DNA of 43,396 nt, taken from the IMG/VR virus record IMGVR_UViG_3300045988_171811. One strand, 5' to 3'. Positions 8,665 through 17,649 of the stretch are shown piece by piece. Made by a program: the position numbers and the translations under genes. Position 1 is the first letter of the stretch; each line of letters opens with the position of its first letter. The notes beneath the pieces are model-generated. The model saw nothing but the letters and a program-made list of their open reading frames with translations. It had not been told where the DNA came from and made no database searches. This stretch comes from a virus.

Positions 8665-9734
8665 GAAACGGCCCCACGCTGGCCGCCCTTTCAGACGGCC
8701 TCAGCATCGGCGCAAGAATCAACATCATTCGAGGCGGTGAAGTTCTCAAAACGGGAATCCCCGCCTCCGAGGTGAAAGTCGAGTGGTCCTCAACGAACCG
8801 TCAGGTTCCGGGAGCCCTGTCTTACTCTTGCCCAATGTCTTGGGTTCCGGAATGGCCGTTGGACGCGCTCAACAATTTCGGACAGCGTTCCATGGTGACT
8901 GCACTTTATGAGAATCGGCGCGGCGACTATTGGGAAATTCCGCTCGGTGAATTCGTCAACATGGAATGGTCCGTGTCGAAGGAAAAAGTGAATGTTTCCT
9001 GTAAAGATTTGACGCAGATTCTTGCCGATAATCCGAGGCCGTGGCCGTCCTCCCCCGCCGCTGGCGCCACCCTACTCTCCGAAGCCAATGAGCTCGCCGA
9101 ATATGTGCGAGTGAAATTGGAGGACGACGTATGGGACGCACCCATCCCACGCACTACACAATGGGGAAATTCGCGGATCGAATCGATCTATAAGCTCGTA
9201 GAATCGCGGGGCTGTGGTATTCGTAGTGGCGCGGATGGGATGTTGCATATTTTCAAGCTCCGTGACAAGACGGCGCCCGATGAGATTTATACGTACGAGT
9301 CCGGTTTTCTTTTGGAGGCCCCGCGCGCTCCGAGGTCGGGCGGTCGTCGTCCGAACCGTTGGTACGTTACTGGCAGTAAGCAACAGCGGGCTCAGGGTGA
9401 GCAGGAGGAGCGTTGGACTGCGGAACGCAAAATCACTGACCCGCCATACGAACCAGGTGGTTATGGTTGGGTTACTTCGCACAAGGAATTCAGTGCTGCA
9501 AGCTCGGCGCGAGAGGTGTCTGAGGCTGCAGACACGTACATGATTCAGGATATCTCTTCCCGCTCTTCCAGGTCTTTGACGATTATCCCGGATGCCCGTA
9601 TTGAGGTCGGGGATATTGTTGGTGCGATTACTGAGCAGGGTGAGCATATTGCGGGCCGTGTCACGGCCTATAGTCTCCCGTTGTCTGATCCGTCCGCTAC
9701 AATGAGGGTGGACATAGAGGTACTGGGGGAATAA
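8661..9734 (+). CDS. Minor tail protein (Tal / baseplate hub position)
   Basis: The ORF is open from 8637. ATG 8661 forms an ATGA overlap with the upstream stop, so it is the preferred start. Second gene after the tape measure. Confidence 0.5.
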   Translation: MRNGPTLAALSDGLSIGARINIIRGGEVLKTGIPASEVKVEWSSTNRQVPGALSYSCPMSWVPEWPLDALNNFGQRSMVTALYENRRGDYWEIPLGEFVNMEWSVSKEKVNVSCKDLTQILADNPRPWPSSPAAGATLLSEANELAEYVRVKLEDDVWDAPIPRTTQWGNSRIESIYKLVESRGCGIRSGADGMLHIFKLRDKTAPDEIYTYESGFLLEAPRAPRSGGRRPNRWYVTGSKQQRAQGEQEERWTAERKITDPPYEPGGYGWVTSHKEFSAASSAREVSEAADTYMIQDISSRSSRSLTIIPDARIEVGDIVGAITEQGEHIAGRVTAYSLPLSDPSATMRVDIEVLGE

Positions 9735-9744
9735 ACGGGGCATC

Positions 9745-11661
9745 ATGGTCAGACCGTCACTATTGCTTGACACGGCGCCACGAAACGGTGGCGGCCGCAA
9801 CAATAACAATGTTGTTGTTCAGCAATCCTCAGTATCGTGGACGTACGGGAAAATCACCGGCACGTCCGCCACCGACAGTACGCTCCCGTCCGGCTGGGTG
9901 GAAGTAGGAATCCCCTACAGTAACCCGACCTCTCATGCTGTTGGCGAATCCGATGGTATTGCCACGTGGATAGGTGCCCGCGTACTCGTCATCATTGACT
10001 CATCCGGCCGCGTAGTCAAAATTAGTGACCCTATCGCTGAGCCGCCTTCCGGTGCGAAGGTTGAGAATCTCGGGCACACGGGCAAAATTCTCAGCCAGGC
10101 CGCGAAAGATGCCGAACGCGCCTTCAAAGAGGCCGACGCGATTCGAGACCGGGCCAACAAGGCCGAAGGTGCTGCGAACAAGGCGGCGAAAGACGCGGAA
10201 AAAGCTGTTCAGATTGCGGAAGCTAACCGTCCGCCCGTAGTGGCCCGGACCGCACCAGAGAATCCTGTCACAGGGTTGATTTGGTATGTCATCGACAATG
10301 CCGGGCACATTACTGACGTGCGTATTTGGGACGGCACACAGTGGGTGACCAGGACAATGGTCGCTGGCAGCATTCTCGTCCCCTCGTCCGTGGGAAACGT
10401 CTCGCTCGCTGACGGCTCTGTGTCCGCACGCAACATTTATGCGTCCGGGGAACTCTGGGCGAAAATCGCGGCGTTCGCGTCTGTTACTACGGAAATGCTG
10501 ACCGCAGGAAACGCGACATTCAACGCAGCCAAGGTCACCGGCGACCTCATCGGCAATAGGCTTATCGGTGGTGAGCTTTCGCTCGTTGATACTGAGCCGA
10601 CGTCAGGCGAGAAGAATATCCGATTCGGCCTCGGCAGCGAATACGGGTTCTGGGAGTCTATTTGGTCTCCCAAAATCGCGACCGTAGAGGAGCTCGAGGG
10701 CGGCACGCGATTCGTTCTGACGGACAGAGACCGTCCTAATCGCAACGATGGCGCGCAGATGGCAATCTACGACATTGCTGTTGCGAAACCAAAAACATAC
10801 GGTATCGCCGGTGAGGGTGTCGGCAAGGTTGAGGGGTATATTCTTTTCACCCCGTCATGGAACGGCCGCGCAATTCTCACAATCAACATTGGCAAGAATA
10901 GGATCATCAGTGTTGACGAGCAGGCGACAGCCGGGCAGAAAATAAGATTCGATTTCACGCTCCCCGACGGCGCGTGGATCCAAGACACGGACACGCCTTT
11001 CTACATTAGTGCCCGCACGAACGATGTTTTCACGCCAGGGATGCAGCTCGGAATCATTTATTCCATGTACGTGTCATGGAAGATGAGCCGCTCCTCGGGT
11101 TTGCATATTTTCCGTGATGACGAGGGCGTGGCGAAAATACAGGTCACTGATCGTCAGGGCGGCCAGCTCGTCATGGACACGAATGGCGTGTCCTATGATC
11201 CGCCCGGATCGCCCACGCCTCATTCTTCGTCTTGGCGTACTTTCACGGAGCCGCCTTTTGCCCACATGGCAACAAACAACGCGCACCTGTGGACTGTGAA
11301 GGACAAATGGACCAAGGTCCCGGTCGGTTCGCAGGAGAAAATTGTTCGTGGCGGAATGCAGGTAGACGGTATCGAGATCATTATTCCGCAGAGCGGTCTT
11401 TATCGTCTAGACGGTACAACATGGTACAGGTCATCATGGGCGGGATACGTTGGCGGCACGAAGGTTTCTCGCAGCAACGATGATGAATATGGCGTTTACA
11501 TGTACGCCGCGTTGAACCATGGCCTGTGGACTGCGTTGCAGGTGACCGGTGTCAGGCGTTTGAACGTCGGGGACCGGATCGCGCTTTATACGTATCAGAA
11601 TATTGATGAGGGTACAATTATGGATTGGGGCGAGATGACGGTTAGCTGGCTCACCTACTGA
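9745..11661 (+). CDS. Minor tail protein, candidate receptor-binding or fibre protein with a coiled-coil segment
   Basis: 638 aa. Has an Ala/Lys/Glu-rich coiled-coil stretch (AAKDAERAFKEADAIRDRANKAEGAANKAAKDAEKAVQIAE). Sits in the tail-tip position. Confidence 0.5.
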   Translation: MVRPSLLLDTAPRNGGGRNNNNVVVQQSSVSWTYGKITGTSATDSTLPSGWVEVGIPYSNPTSHAVGESDGIATWIGARVLVIIDSSGRVVKISDPIAEPPSGAKVENLGHTGKILSQAAKDAERAFKEADAIRDRANKAEGAANKAAKDAEKAVQIAEANRPPVVARTAPENPVTGLIWYVIDNAGHITDVRIWDGTQWVTRTMVAGSILVPSSVGNVSLADGSVSARNIYASGELWAKIAAFASVTTEMLTAGNATFNAAKVTGDLIGNRLIGGELSLVDTEPTSGEKNIRFGLGSEYGFWESIWSPKIATVEELEGGTRFVLTDRDRPNRNDGAQMAIYDIAVAKPKTYGIAGEGVGKVEGYILFTPSWNGRAILTINIGKNRIISVDEQATAGQKIRFDFTLPDGAWIQDTDTPFYISARTNDVFTPGMQLGIIYSMYVSWKMSRSSGLHIFRDDEGVAKIQVTDRQGGQLVMDTNGVSYDPPGSPTPHSSSWRTFTEPPFAHMATNNAHLWTVKDKWTKVPVGSQEKIVRGGMQVDGIEIIIPQSGLYRLDGTTWYRSSWAGYVGGTKVSRSNDDEYGVYMYAALNHGLWTALQVTGVRRLNVGDRIALYTYQNIDEGTIMDWGEMTVSWLTY

Positions 11662-11695
11662 AGATTGTGCAACAATATTTTTAGGAGAAAACAAT

Positions 11696-12397
11696 ATGCC
11701 TAACACTAGGTGGACCGGCGGTATCGTCCCCACAGTGGATGATAATCTTATCGAGGCTTGGGACGCGTACGACGATTCCGCCGGTAGGGTGATGCCGGCG
11801 GCGTCCGTAGCGGCGGCGCGGGTTATGTTGGCGGCTGCACCGTCTGGGGCGGTCTCGAAGGCTCGTCCCGCCGTTTTCATTATTGACGATATTCTGTACA
11901 CTGCCGACGGATCCAAGGCCGGCGACGGGTCATTCAACATTAACCCCGCGAACTCGTTCAGTGGTGTGCTTTACAGGCATCGTGATAATACGAACGGGCG
12001 TGGACGCTCGACCTCGGACCATGCCACTTACACGTGGGGCGACGGTATTGTCACTCTGCCGATCAAGAGTCTCATGGAGTTCTCGCTTGACGTGTGCGTG
12101 AGTATTGCGCACGAGGACTATCATTCCGAGGAGGAGAAAGATAAGGCAGTCGGCTCGTATTTCTTTGGGTTCAAGCTTGACAATCGGGGTATTTGGCAGA
12201 CCGAGATTCAGTACAATCGTACGTTTATGACCCACCATATGCAGTGGCGCCTTTCCGTGGAGGCCGGTTCGCACAGAGTTGCCTATACTACGGCGGGTAG
12301 TTATGGTGCTGACCCGTATTGGCATTACGATGGTGGCGTGTTTCCCGGTACCGTGTTTACGGTGGCTACTCTTGGTGCGACTCGCGTTGACTTGTAA
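11696..12397 (+). CDS. Hypothetical tail-module protein
   Basis: 233 aa. Strong RBS taggagaaaacaatATG. No family recognised. Confidence 0.55.
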   Translation: MPNTRWTGGIVPTVDDNLIEAWDAYDDSAGRVMPAASVAAARVMLAAAPSGAVSKARPAVFIIDDILYTADGSKAGDGSFNINPANSFSGVLYRHRDNTNGRGRSTSDHATYTWGDGIVTLPIKSLMEFSLDVCVSIAHEDYHSEEEKDKAVGSYFFGFKLDNRGIWQTEIQYNRTFMTHHMQWRLSVEAGSHRVAYTTAGSYGADPYWHYDGGVFPGTVFTVATLGATRVDL

Positions 12398-12438
12398 TCA
12401 ACAAAAATGGTTCACTATTAGAAATAGGTGATAACAAT

Positions 12439-12831
12439 ATGACCAAGGTCATGGCGACGGTTGTGAATGCGGCCGGCAAGACAGTCAATGCGACAATGAG
12501 CATCCGCCCCGAAACAGTGTACACGTCCGACAATATTACGACAGTCCCCGCCCCGGTGCGCGGTGACGCCGACGACAAGGGCAGGATCGAGGTGGAGGTA
12601 GACGCCAGCCACGGCGGCCGATGGGCAATTGTCTTGAATGTTGCTGGCGTTTGGGCGCGAGAAGTGCGTGGGGCAGAACTGCCCGCTTCCGGCGACGTGC
12701 AGGTGACCTCTCTGTCGGCGTGGAACGGCGGCAGTGCCCCTGATCCTGGCAATCCTGGTGGCGGCGGCCAGGGCAATGGTGGCAAGATCACCGTCAGTGA
12801 CGATGGTCTTACCTGGACTTACGGAGAGTGA
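12439..12831 (+). CDS. Hypothetical tail-module protein with a Gly-rich C-terminal linker
   Basis: 130 aa. RBS aggtga. Beta-rich sequence with a GNPGGGGQGNGG stretch. Confidence 0.5.
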   Translation: MTKVMATVVNAAGKTVNATMSIRPETVYTSDNITTVPAPVRGDADDKGRIEVEVDASHGGRWAIVLNVAGVWAREVRGAELPASGDVQVTSLSAWNGGSAPDPGNPGGGGQGNGGKITVSDDGLTWTYGE

Positions 12832-12840
12832 GAAAGCACA

Positions 12841-13830
12841 ATGGCAAATATTACTGGGTACACTAAGGCCGGCGTAGACAAGCTGGTCGCCCCCCTGTTC
12901 TCTTCAATCTCGCCTTTCACGGTCGGCGGCCACTATTATTCTCCGGTCACGTATTTCTGGCCCGATTTCTACAATGAAGGCCAGGCCGGGAAGGTGTCAA
13001 AGTGGGCCAAGACATTGGCTTACGGGAATGCTCTCGGCTACGTGATTATGAATCGTTCTACGGGCGATTGGTCCGCCAAGGATAATGATTTTCTCGCGCA
13101 GGCGCAGCGCGCCCAGGCGGCCGGCGCGAAGAGAATTCTTTGGTACATTCCTACCCGCTACGGTGTAGCGTCACTCGCCAAGGATGATGCTGCCAGGAAT
13201 GGTGTGCCGGACCCGGACAAGTTTACGCGCGAATACATTATGCAGCTGTGCGCCAACCTTCGCTCCCAGTACGATGGTCTTTTCCAGGGCGTATTCTTGG
13301 ACGAGGTAATCAACGGCTGGGGCGCCCAGGCGGGACGAGTCGGCTGGTATGGCGACCTCATCGGCGAAATTCGACGCGCCTACGGGAAGAATTTCACAAT
13401 CGCCATAAACCCTGGCAGCAATATTACCGAGGCCGTGTGCGCGCTCGATTTCGACGTGTGCATGAGCTTCGAGGATACTGCCGCCAAGTATTTGACGGAT
13501 GACCCTAATAATCCGATTGCGAATGATGTGATGCGGGCACAGCCTTCCACCAAGTGGTGGCATGTCATTCATGGGGTTACGAAAGAGAATTTCCGGCAGG
13601 TAATCGATCGTGCCGCATCATTTGGTGTTTCGCATTTGTATGTGACCGACGGTGAGCTGGTGCAGGGTGAGGGCGGCCAGTGGGTTCCTGAGAAGAACCC
13701 CTATCAGAATCCTCCGTCTGATTGGATCATGGAACGTGTGATCGCCTGGCATGGCGGCTACCTCGGTCTGGCTGAGCGTGTTGCCGAGTTGGAAGCGAAA
13801 GCGGCTCCGTCTCCGCAACCTGGCGCCTGA
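12841..13830 (+). CDS. Spherulin-4 / GH135-like (Sph3-type) glycoside hydrolase, putative exopolysaccharide depolymerase
   Basis: The motif order fits my recollection of the Spherulation-specific family 4 profile: VIMNRSTGDW, ILWYIPTRYG, GVFLDE (catalytic D-E region), IAINPGS, DVCMSFE. Last gene of the tail module. Confidence 0.55.
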   Translation: MANITGYTKAGVDKLVAPLFSSISPFTVGGHYYSPVTYFWPDFYNEGQAGKVSKWAKTLAYGNALGYVIMNRSTGDWSAKDNDFLAQAQRAQAAGAKRILWYIPTRYGVASLAKDDAARNGVPDPDKFTREYIMQLCANLRSQYDGLFQGVFLDEVINGWGAQAGRVGWYGDLIGEIRRAYGKNFTIAINPGSNITEAVCALDFDVCMSFEDTAAKYLTDDPNNPIANDVMRAQPSTKWWHVIHGVTKENFRQVIDRAASFGVSHLYVTDGELVQGEGGQWVPEKNPYQNPPSDWIMERVIAWHGGYLGLAERVAELEAKAAPSPQPGA

Positions 13831-13831
13831 G

Positions 13832-13847
13832 TGTTTCACGTGAAACA
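13832..13847. promoter_or_regulatory. Perfect consensus parS (ParB/Spo0J binding site) TGTTTCACGTGAAACA
   Basis: Exact 16-bp palindrome beginning 2 nt after the stop codon at 13830. The same 16-mer occurs at 21017 and 21041. Confidence 0.8.
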
Positions 13848-13884
13848 TTCCCCCTCACCGCACAAATCGTGGTGAGGGGGAATG
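13846..13884. terminator. Bidirectional terminator hairpin at a convergent junction
   Basis: 14-nt arms cattccccctcacc / ggtgagggggaatg with an 11-nt loop and gttttc downstream. Separates the + tail module from the - accessory block. Confidence 0.7.
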
Positions 13885-13906
13885 TTTTCATGCCCAAAAC
13901 GGGAGA

Positions 13907-14374
13907 CTATAGTCCCAGGCGTTGGTAGTCTCCTCCGTGCTCGCGAGCAATATCGTCCAATACGCCCATGAGATCGGAGCGCGCATCGTCCTGAGCGGTG
14001 ATCGACGGTGAGTTCAGAATCGAATGAATCGTGCTGTTGATCTCTCGGAATTGACGGGCAGCGATTGCGTCACACTCTACGGTAGTCCATTGTCGCGCTA
14101 GATGGCGTGCAAGATTGCATGTGCTCTCGCCGCTTGTTTCATGGTAAACGCCCACAATGCTCAGCGGCCGGCCCCAGATAACCCATTTACTGACAGTGCC
14201 GCCATCGTCGTTTTCTACGGTGACGTCAATTCCAGCGCCCTTATATTGGTAGCGCCACTTCAGACGGGCGACCATGTGCGTTTCGTCAATGTCGCACATG
14301 TCGGGCTTCGGAAGCCATAACTGTGTGAGACTAATCTCGTGCTCGATCTTCAGCATTGGGTTATTCGCTGTCAT
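13907..14374 (-). CDS. Hypothetical protein (accessory block)
   Basis: 155-aa ORF overlapping the upstream gene by 4 nt. No family recognised. Confidence 0.55.
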   Translation of the reverse strand: MTANNPMLKIEHEISLTQLWLPKPDMCDIDETHMVARLKWRYQYKGAGIDVTVENDDGGTVSKWVIWGRPLSIVGVYHETSGESTCNLARHLARQWTTVECDAIAARQFREINSTIHSILNSPSITAQDDARSDLMGVLDDIAREHGGDYQRLGL

Positions 14375-14625
14375 GAGACGCTCCGCAAAAGTATGCTACA
14401 GCGCACTGCAGAATGCTGGGGACCATCGGATTCTCTGTGAGTCCATCCTGTTGACACTCCACGCCTCGTCTTCACGAAAACACCATTATCAGTGACCTCG
14501 ATTTTCCCCGGCGAGCACTCAATGGCAGTGACTCCCGTGTGGTCAGAAATGCGAGGAGGTGGCGTGATATCACGCAATTCTCCAGCAATCGTCAACGCGA
14601 TTTCCCGGCGATCAATCTTGCTCAT
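14371..14625 (-). CDS. Hypothetical protein (accessory block)
   Basis: 84-aa ORF, start-stop coupled to both neighbours. Confidence 0.5.
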   Translation of the reverse strand: MSKIDRREIALTIAGELRDITPPPRISDHTGVTAIECSPGKIEVTDNGVFVKTRRGVSTGWTHRESDGPQHSAVRCSILLRSVS

Positions 14626-15143
14626 TACTCTACCTCCATGGCCGATGGTGTGACACCGATCTGCCCCTGATAATGCGAGCCGAGACCGTTGGTGCCGTAT
14701 GGTGCACTGGCTGGCCTGTCCAGGTCCTCGAAAGCGATCTGCGCGATCCTGTCCCCAGGGTGAAGAATGGCAGATTTAGTGGAGTGCAGGTTAGCGATTT
14801 CCAAGGTCACGTTTCCCTGGAATCCCGGATCAATGTATCCCGCGGACACGTGGACGAGAATTCCGCGGCGCGCCCACGATGACTTGCCTTCGACTCTGGC
14901 CACTAGGTCGGCTGGCACGCTGACTTTCTCCTGCGTGGATGCGAGAATAAACTCACCCGGCAACAGCTCATAACCATTCTTACCGATGGTGACATTCTCG
15001 TCCCCATGACGATAGGCGACGATGTTCTCGTCCAACCGCACCTCTACTGACGCTGGCTGAATAGACAACGGCTTCTGCCAGTCGGAGATGAGTTCGCCCC
15101 AATCGATTCTGCGTCGGAGAGTAAAATCACTCAGCGTAGCCAT
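14625..15143 (-). CDS. dcd: dCTP deaminase family protein (Dcd/dUTPase fold)
   Basis: 172 aa. Motifs GKSSWARRGILVHVSAGYIDPGFQGNVTLEIANL and GDRIAQIAF...YQGQ match the Dcd family signature. Confidence 0.8.
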   Translation of the reverse strand: MATLSDFTLRRRIDWGELISDWQKPLSIQPASVEVRLDENIVAYRHGDENVTIGKNGYELLPGEFILASTQEKVSVPADLVARVEGKSSWARRGILVHVSAGYIDPGFQGNVTLEIANLHSTKSAILHPGDRIAQIAFEDLDRPASAPYGTNGLGSHYQGQIGVTPSAMEVE

Positions 15144-15598
15144 TGCGGTAGTCCCTCGTCTTCGTTTTCCTTGATCACATGGACCGTGTAACCTTTATCA
15201 CGTAGAATTGATTCGGCTTCAAGAGCAAGGGCGGCCTTCCCTCCTGGCATGATTTCCATCGCGTCTTCACTGTGCTCCGAAACTATGATCGCGCAGACGT
15301 ACGCATTGTCGTCTGATGAGTCGTCATAAGTGAGCACATATCTGCCTTTCTCGCGCCAATATGTGCACCTAGTGAAAGTGATTCTCCCTTCCTGCCACGA
15401 ACACAAGGCAAGCGTTACTCCCTGAACAAGTTGCACGGTGTGCATAAGCTCATGGATCGTGGCGGACGGATTGGTAGAATTGCTTTGAATACTGAATTCA
15501 CAGTCAATGGCATGCATGAATGCAGTCGCCACCCACCGCTCACCACATTTCACCAAATCAACTAAAGCAATGTTGACAATATTTTCCATAATGGTCAC
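15131..15598 (-). CDS. Hypothetical protein (accessory block)
   Basis: 155-aa ORF overlapping neighbours on both sides. No family recognised. Confidence 0.5.
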   Translation of the reverse strand: MTIMENIVNIALVDLVKCGERWVATAFMHAIDCEFSIQSNSTNPSATIHELMHTVQLVQGVTLALCSWQEGRITFTRCTYWREKGRYVLTYDDSSDDNAYVCAIIVSEHSEDAMEIMPGGKAALALEAESILRDKGYTVHVIKENEDEGLPQWLR

Positions 15599-16623
15599 TT
15601 CTCTTCTGGAATATAGCCGCTGAGGCGGTCGTGTAAAATGGCGGACGTGAAGTCTGTGAGCCGGTCTCGAATTTCCCCGGCGCGATCCTCTGGGGCGAGC
15701 TGTCTGTTGATAGTGTCCCAGTAGGCATTTCGCAGAATCGCGATCACCGTCTGGCCTCCCCGCTCGGCGACGAGTTCACGCAGATACCACGCCGCCTTTC
15801 CCATGTCAACATTCTCGTCGGCACCATTCTTATGGCCAGCCCTGAAAATATACTTCAGGGCACTGCCAGTCAAATAGTCTTTGTCGCGAATGAAAGTAAT
15901 GGGCTCGGGATCGAGGGCCGTATAGTGTGATGGGTGAGTTATCTCGTTCTCATGTACATTATTCTCGACGCGCCCGCCATTCTTCTCCGTGACACAGAAA
16001 ATGTCATCGCACTTCTTTGTGATATAGATAACGTTGTCGCGGAGAGTCAACTCATAGCACTGCTCATCGAAAGACAAGAACCCTTCTCCGCCCTCTTCAG
16101 TCTCGTACCATATACACCATTCGCCACTAAAATACCTATGCGTCCTCTTGATGGGCGCTTCATGACCGTCGGAGACATGGAGACGAATTGGTCTACCTGC
16201 GAATTTCACCTCGTAGTCGGCGTAAGCCCAATAGGGGCCGGTTTGCTGCCAATACCAGCCATCGCGCTTATGCTCCAAAAAGACGCGATGACGACTCCAG
16301 CATGCTACTCGTCGTTTATTAGCAAGATTGCGGATATGCGCCTCCCAGAACCCATCATGCGGCACCACCTTCAAAACATACTCGTACTCGCCGCTCGGGT
16401 AGAAAATCTTCTCGCACTCATCATCTACAGGTGACACAACATAATCCCCTTTCTCTGTCTGTGTGATCGAATAGTCGCTGTACTTGAAATAGTGTCTTCG
16501 TTCTGCATCACTGCTAATAGAAGCGAAACCAACCCCTCTACTGTCGCCGGTTTGCGATATGATTCTCTCTTTACTACCGTCCGGCAAGTACAGCCAAACC
16601 GTCTTCAAAAACATCATGTCCAT
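15595..16623 (-). CDS. Two-domain protein: unknown aromatic-rich N-terminus plus a DUF3310 (SaV-like) C-terminus
   Basis: The C-terminal sequence HPSHYTALDPEPITFI...LTGSALKYIFRAGHKNG...DMGKAAWYLRELV fits the DUF3310 pattern (HY...KY..R...K......KA..YL). Confidence 0.6.
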   Translation of the reverse strand: MDMMFLKTVWLYLPDGSKERIISQTGDSRGVGFASISSDAERRHYFKYSDYSITQTEKGDYVVSPVDDECEKIFYPSGEYEYVLKVVPHDGFWEAHIRNLANKRRVACWSRHRVFLEHKRDGWYWQQTGPYWAYADYEVKFAGRPIRLHVSDGHEAPIKRTHRYFSGEWCIWYETEEGGEGFLSFDEQCYELTLRDNVIYITKKCDDIFCVTEKNGGRVENNVHENEITHPSHYTALDPEPITFIRDKDYLTGSALKYIFRAGHKNGADENVDMGKAAWYLRELVAERGGQTVIAILRNAYWDTINRQLAPEDRAGEIRDRLTDFTSAILHDRLSGYIPEEK

Positions 16624-16640
16624 GGTCGTTCACGTCATTT

Positions 16641-16970
16641 TCAGTTGCCGAGAGTGCCAACCGTGGCGAAGTAGGCGAAGAATACTTGGAGCCACCAAAA
16701 AGCACGCCACGCCAATGACAGTCCGATAACTCCAACGATGAGGGCGACTGCACCCATTGCCATACCTTCACCCGTGGACCTCGGCCTACGAAGCCACGCC
16801 ATGAAACGATTCGTGGGACGCGGGGGCGCCATCACACTGAGCGGTACAGACAGTGCGGGGGGCGCCGGGGCAGGCCGAGGCGGCGGAGGCGGTGCAGGAG
16901 TAGGTGCGCTATCTGCGGGCGGAGGCGGTGCAGGAGTAGGTGCCGACGGGGCACTCGAAAAAGTAGACAT
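16641..16970 (-). CDS. Proline-rich membrane protein
   Basis: 109 aa. The N-terminus has a repeated SAPTPAPPPP motif encoded by a 26-bp direct repeat. The C-terminus has hydrophobic segments (AVALIVGVIGLSLAW, FFAYFATVG). Confidence 0.5.
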   Translation of the reverse strand: MSTFSSAPSAPTPAPPPPADSAPTPAPPPPPRPAPAPPALSVPLSVMAPPRPTNRFMAWLRRPRSTGEGMAMGAVALIVGVIGLSLAWRAFWWLQVFFAYFATVGTLGN

Positions 16971-16982
16971 AATAGTTGTTTC

Positions 16983-17171
16983 TCACTTTCCGTTCAGTTC
17001 TGCCATGAGATGGTTAGTCCAACCGTCACTGTAATTGAAATTCGTGCGCTTAGTGTGACGTGTGCTCTTGATTCTCTTCGCTCGATTCCTCTTGTGCTCC
17101 TGAAACTCGATCGTCTTGCGACGAACCTCGTCTTCACGTCCGTCCATACGGCGGATTGCTGGGTATTTCAT
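16983..17171 (-). CDS. Small basic hypothetical protein
   Basis: The ORF is open from GTG 17183. ATG 17171 forms an ATGA overlap with the upstream stop, so it is preferred. Lys/Arg-rich. Confidence 0.4.
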   Translation of the reverse strand: MKYPAIRRMDGREDEVRRKTIEFQEHKRNRAKRIKSTRHTKRTNFNYSDGWTNHLMAELNGK

Positions 17172-17563
17172 GATTTGACCCACTCGATCTCGTCGCCGAG
17201 AAGCCCGCGCAGATCATTGATCAAGTTGCGCGCGTTCCCGAGCTCCTCCTCGCTGATATCGAAAACTCGGTAGACATTTTCTTCGGTGCAGATCACGAGG
17301 AAGTGATCGTGTGCGCATTCGGGGATGAAAACGTTGCGGATGTTTCCGATGAGGGCGGGCCGCTGAACGGGAATGGCCTGTACGAGGTCGGCCCCCGTGA
17401 GAATTGCGACAGCAGTCACTCTCTCAACAGGGATACCCCGGAACTCGTTCTCGCCTTTCTCGTATCCCTTTGCGGGGAAGTGAATCTTGGTGCCTTTCAG
17501 GTTGGTGAATACGGCTCCTCCTGTGGTCTTGCATGATCCATATCCGGTGCGACGGCGTACCAT
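17168..17563 (-). CDS. Hypothetical protein
   Basis: The start is set at internal ATG 17563, preceded by gaaagag-N5. The longer ORF to 17632 has a His/Pro-rich, implausible N-terminus. Confidence 0.5.
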   Translation of the reverse strand: MVRRRTGYGSCKTTGGAVFTNLKGTKIHFPAKGYEKGENEFRGIPVERVTAVAILTGADLVQAIPVQRPALIGNIRNVFIPECAHDHFLVICTEENVYRVFDISEEELGNARNLINDLRGLLGDEIEWVKS

Positions 17564-17649
17564 GATAACTCTTTCTTCTAGTGTGTGTGATGATGGTGGG
17601 TGGTGGGTGGCCCCTCGCCCGTGATGGGGCACCCACCGTTATGTGTGTG

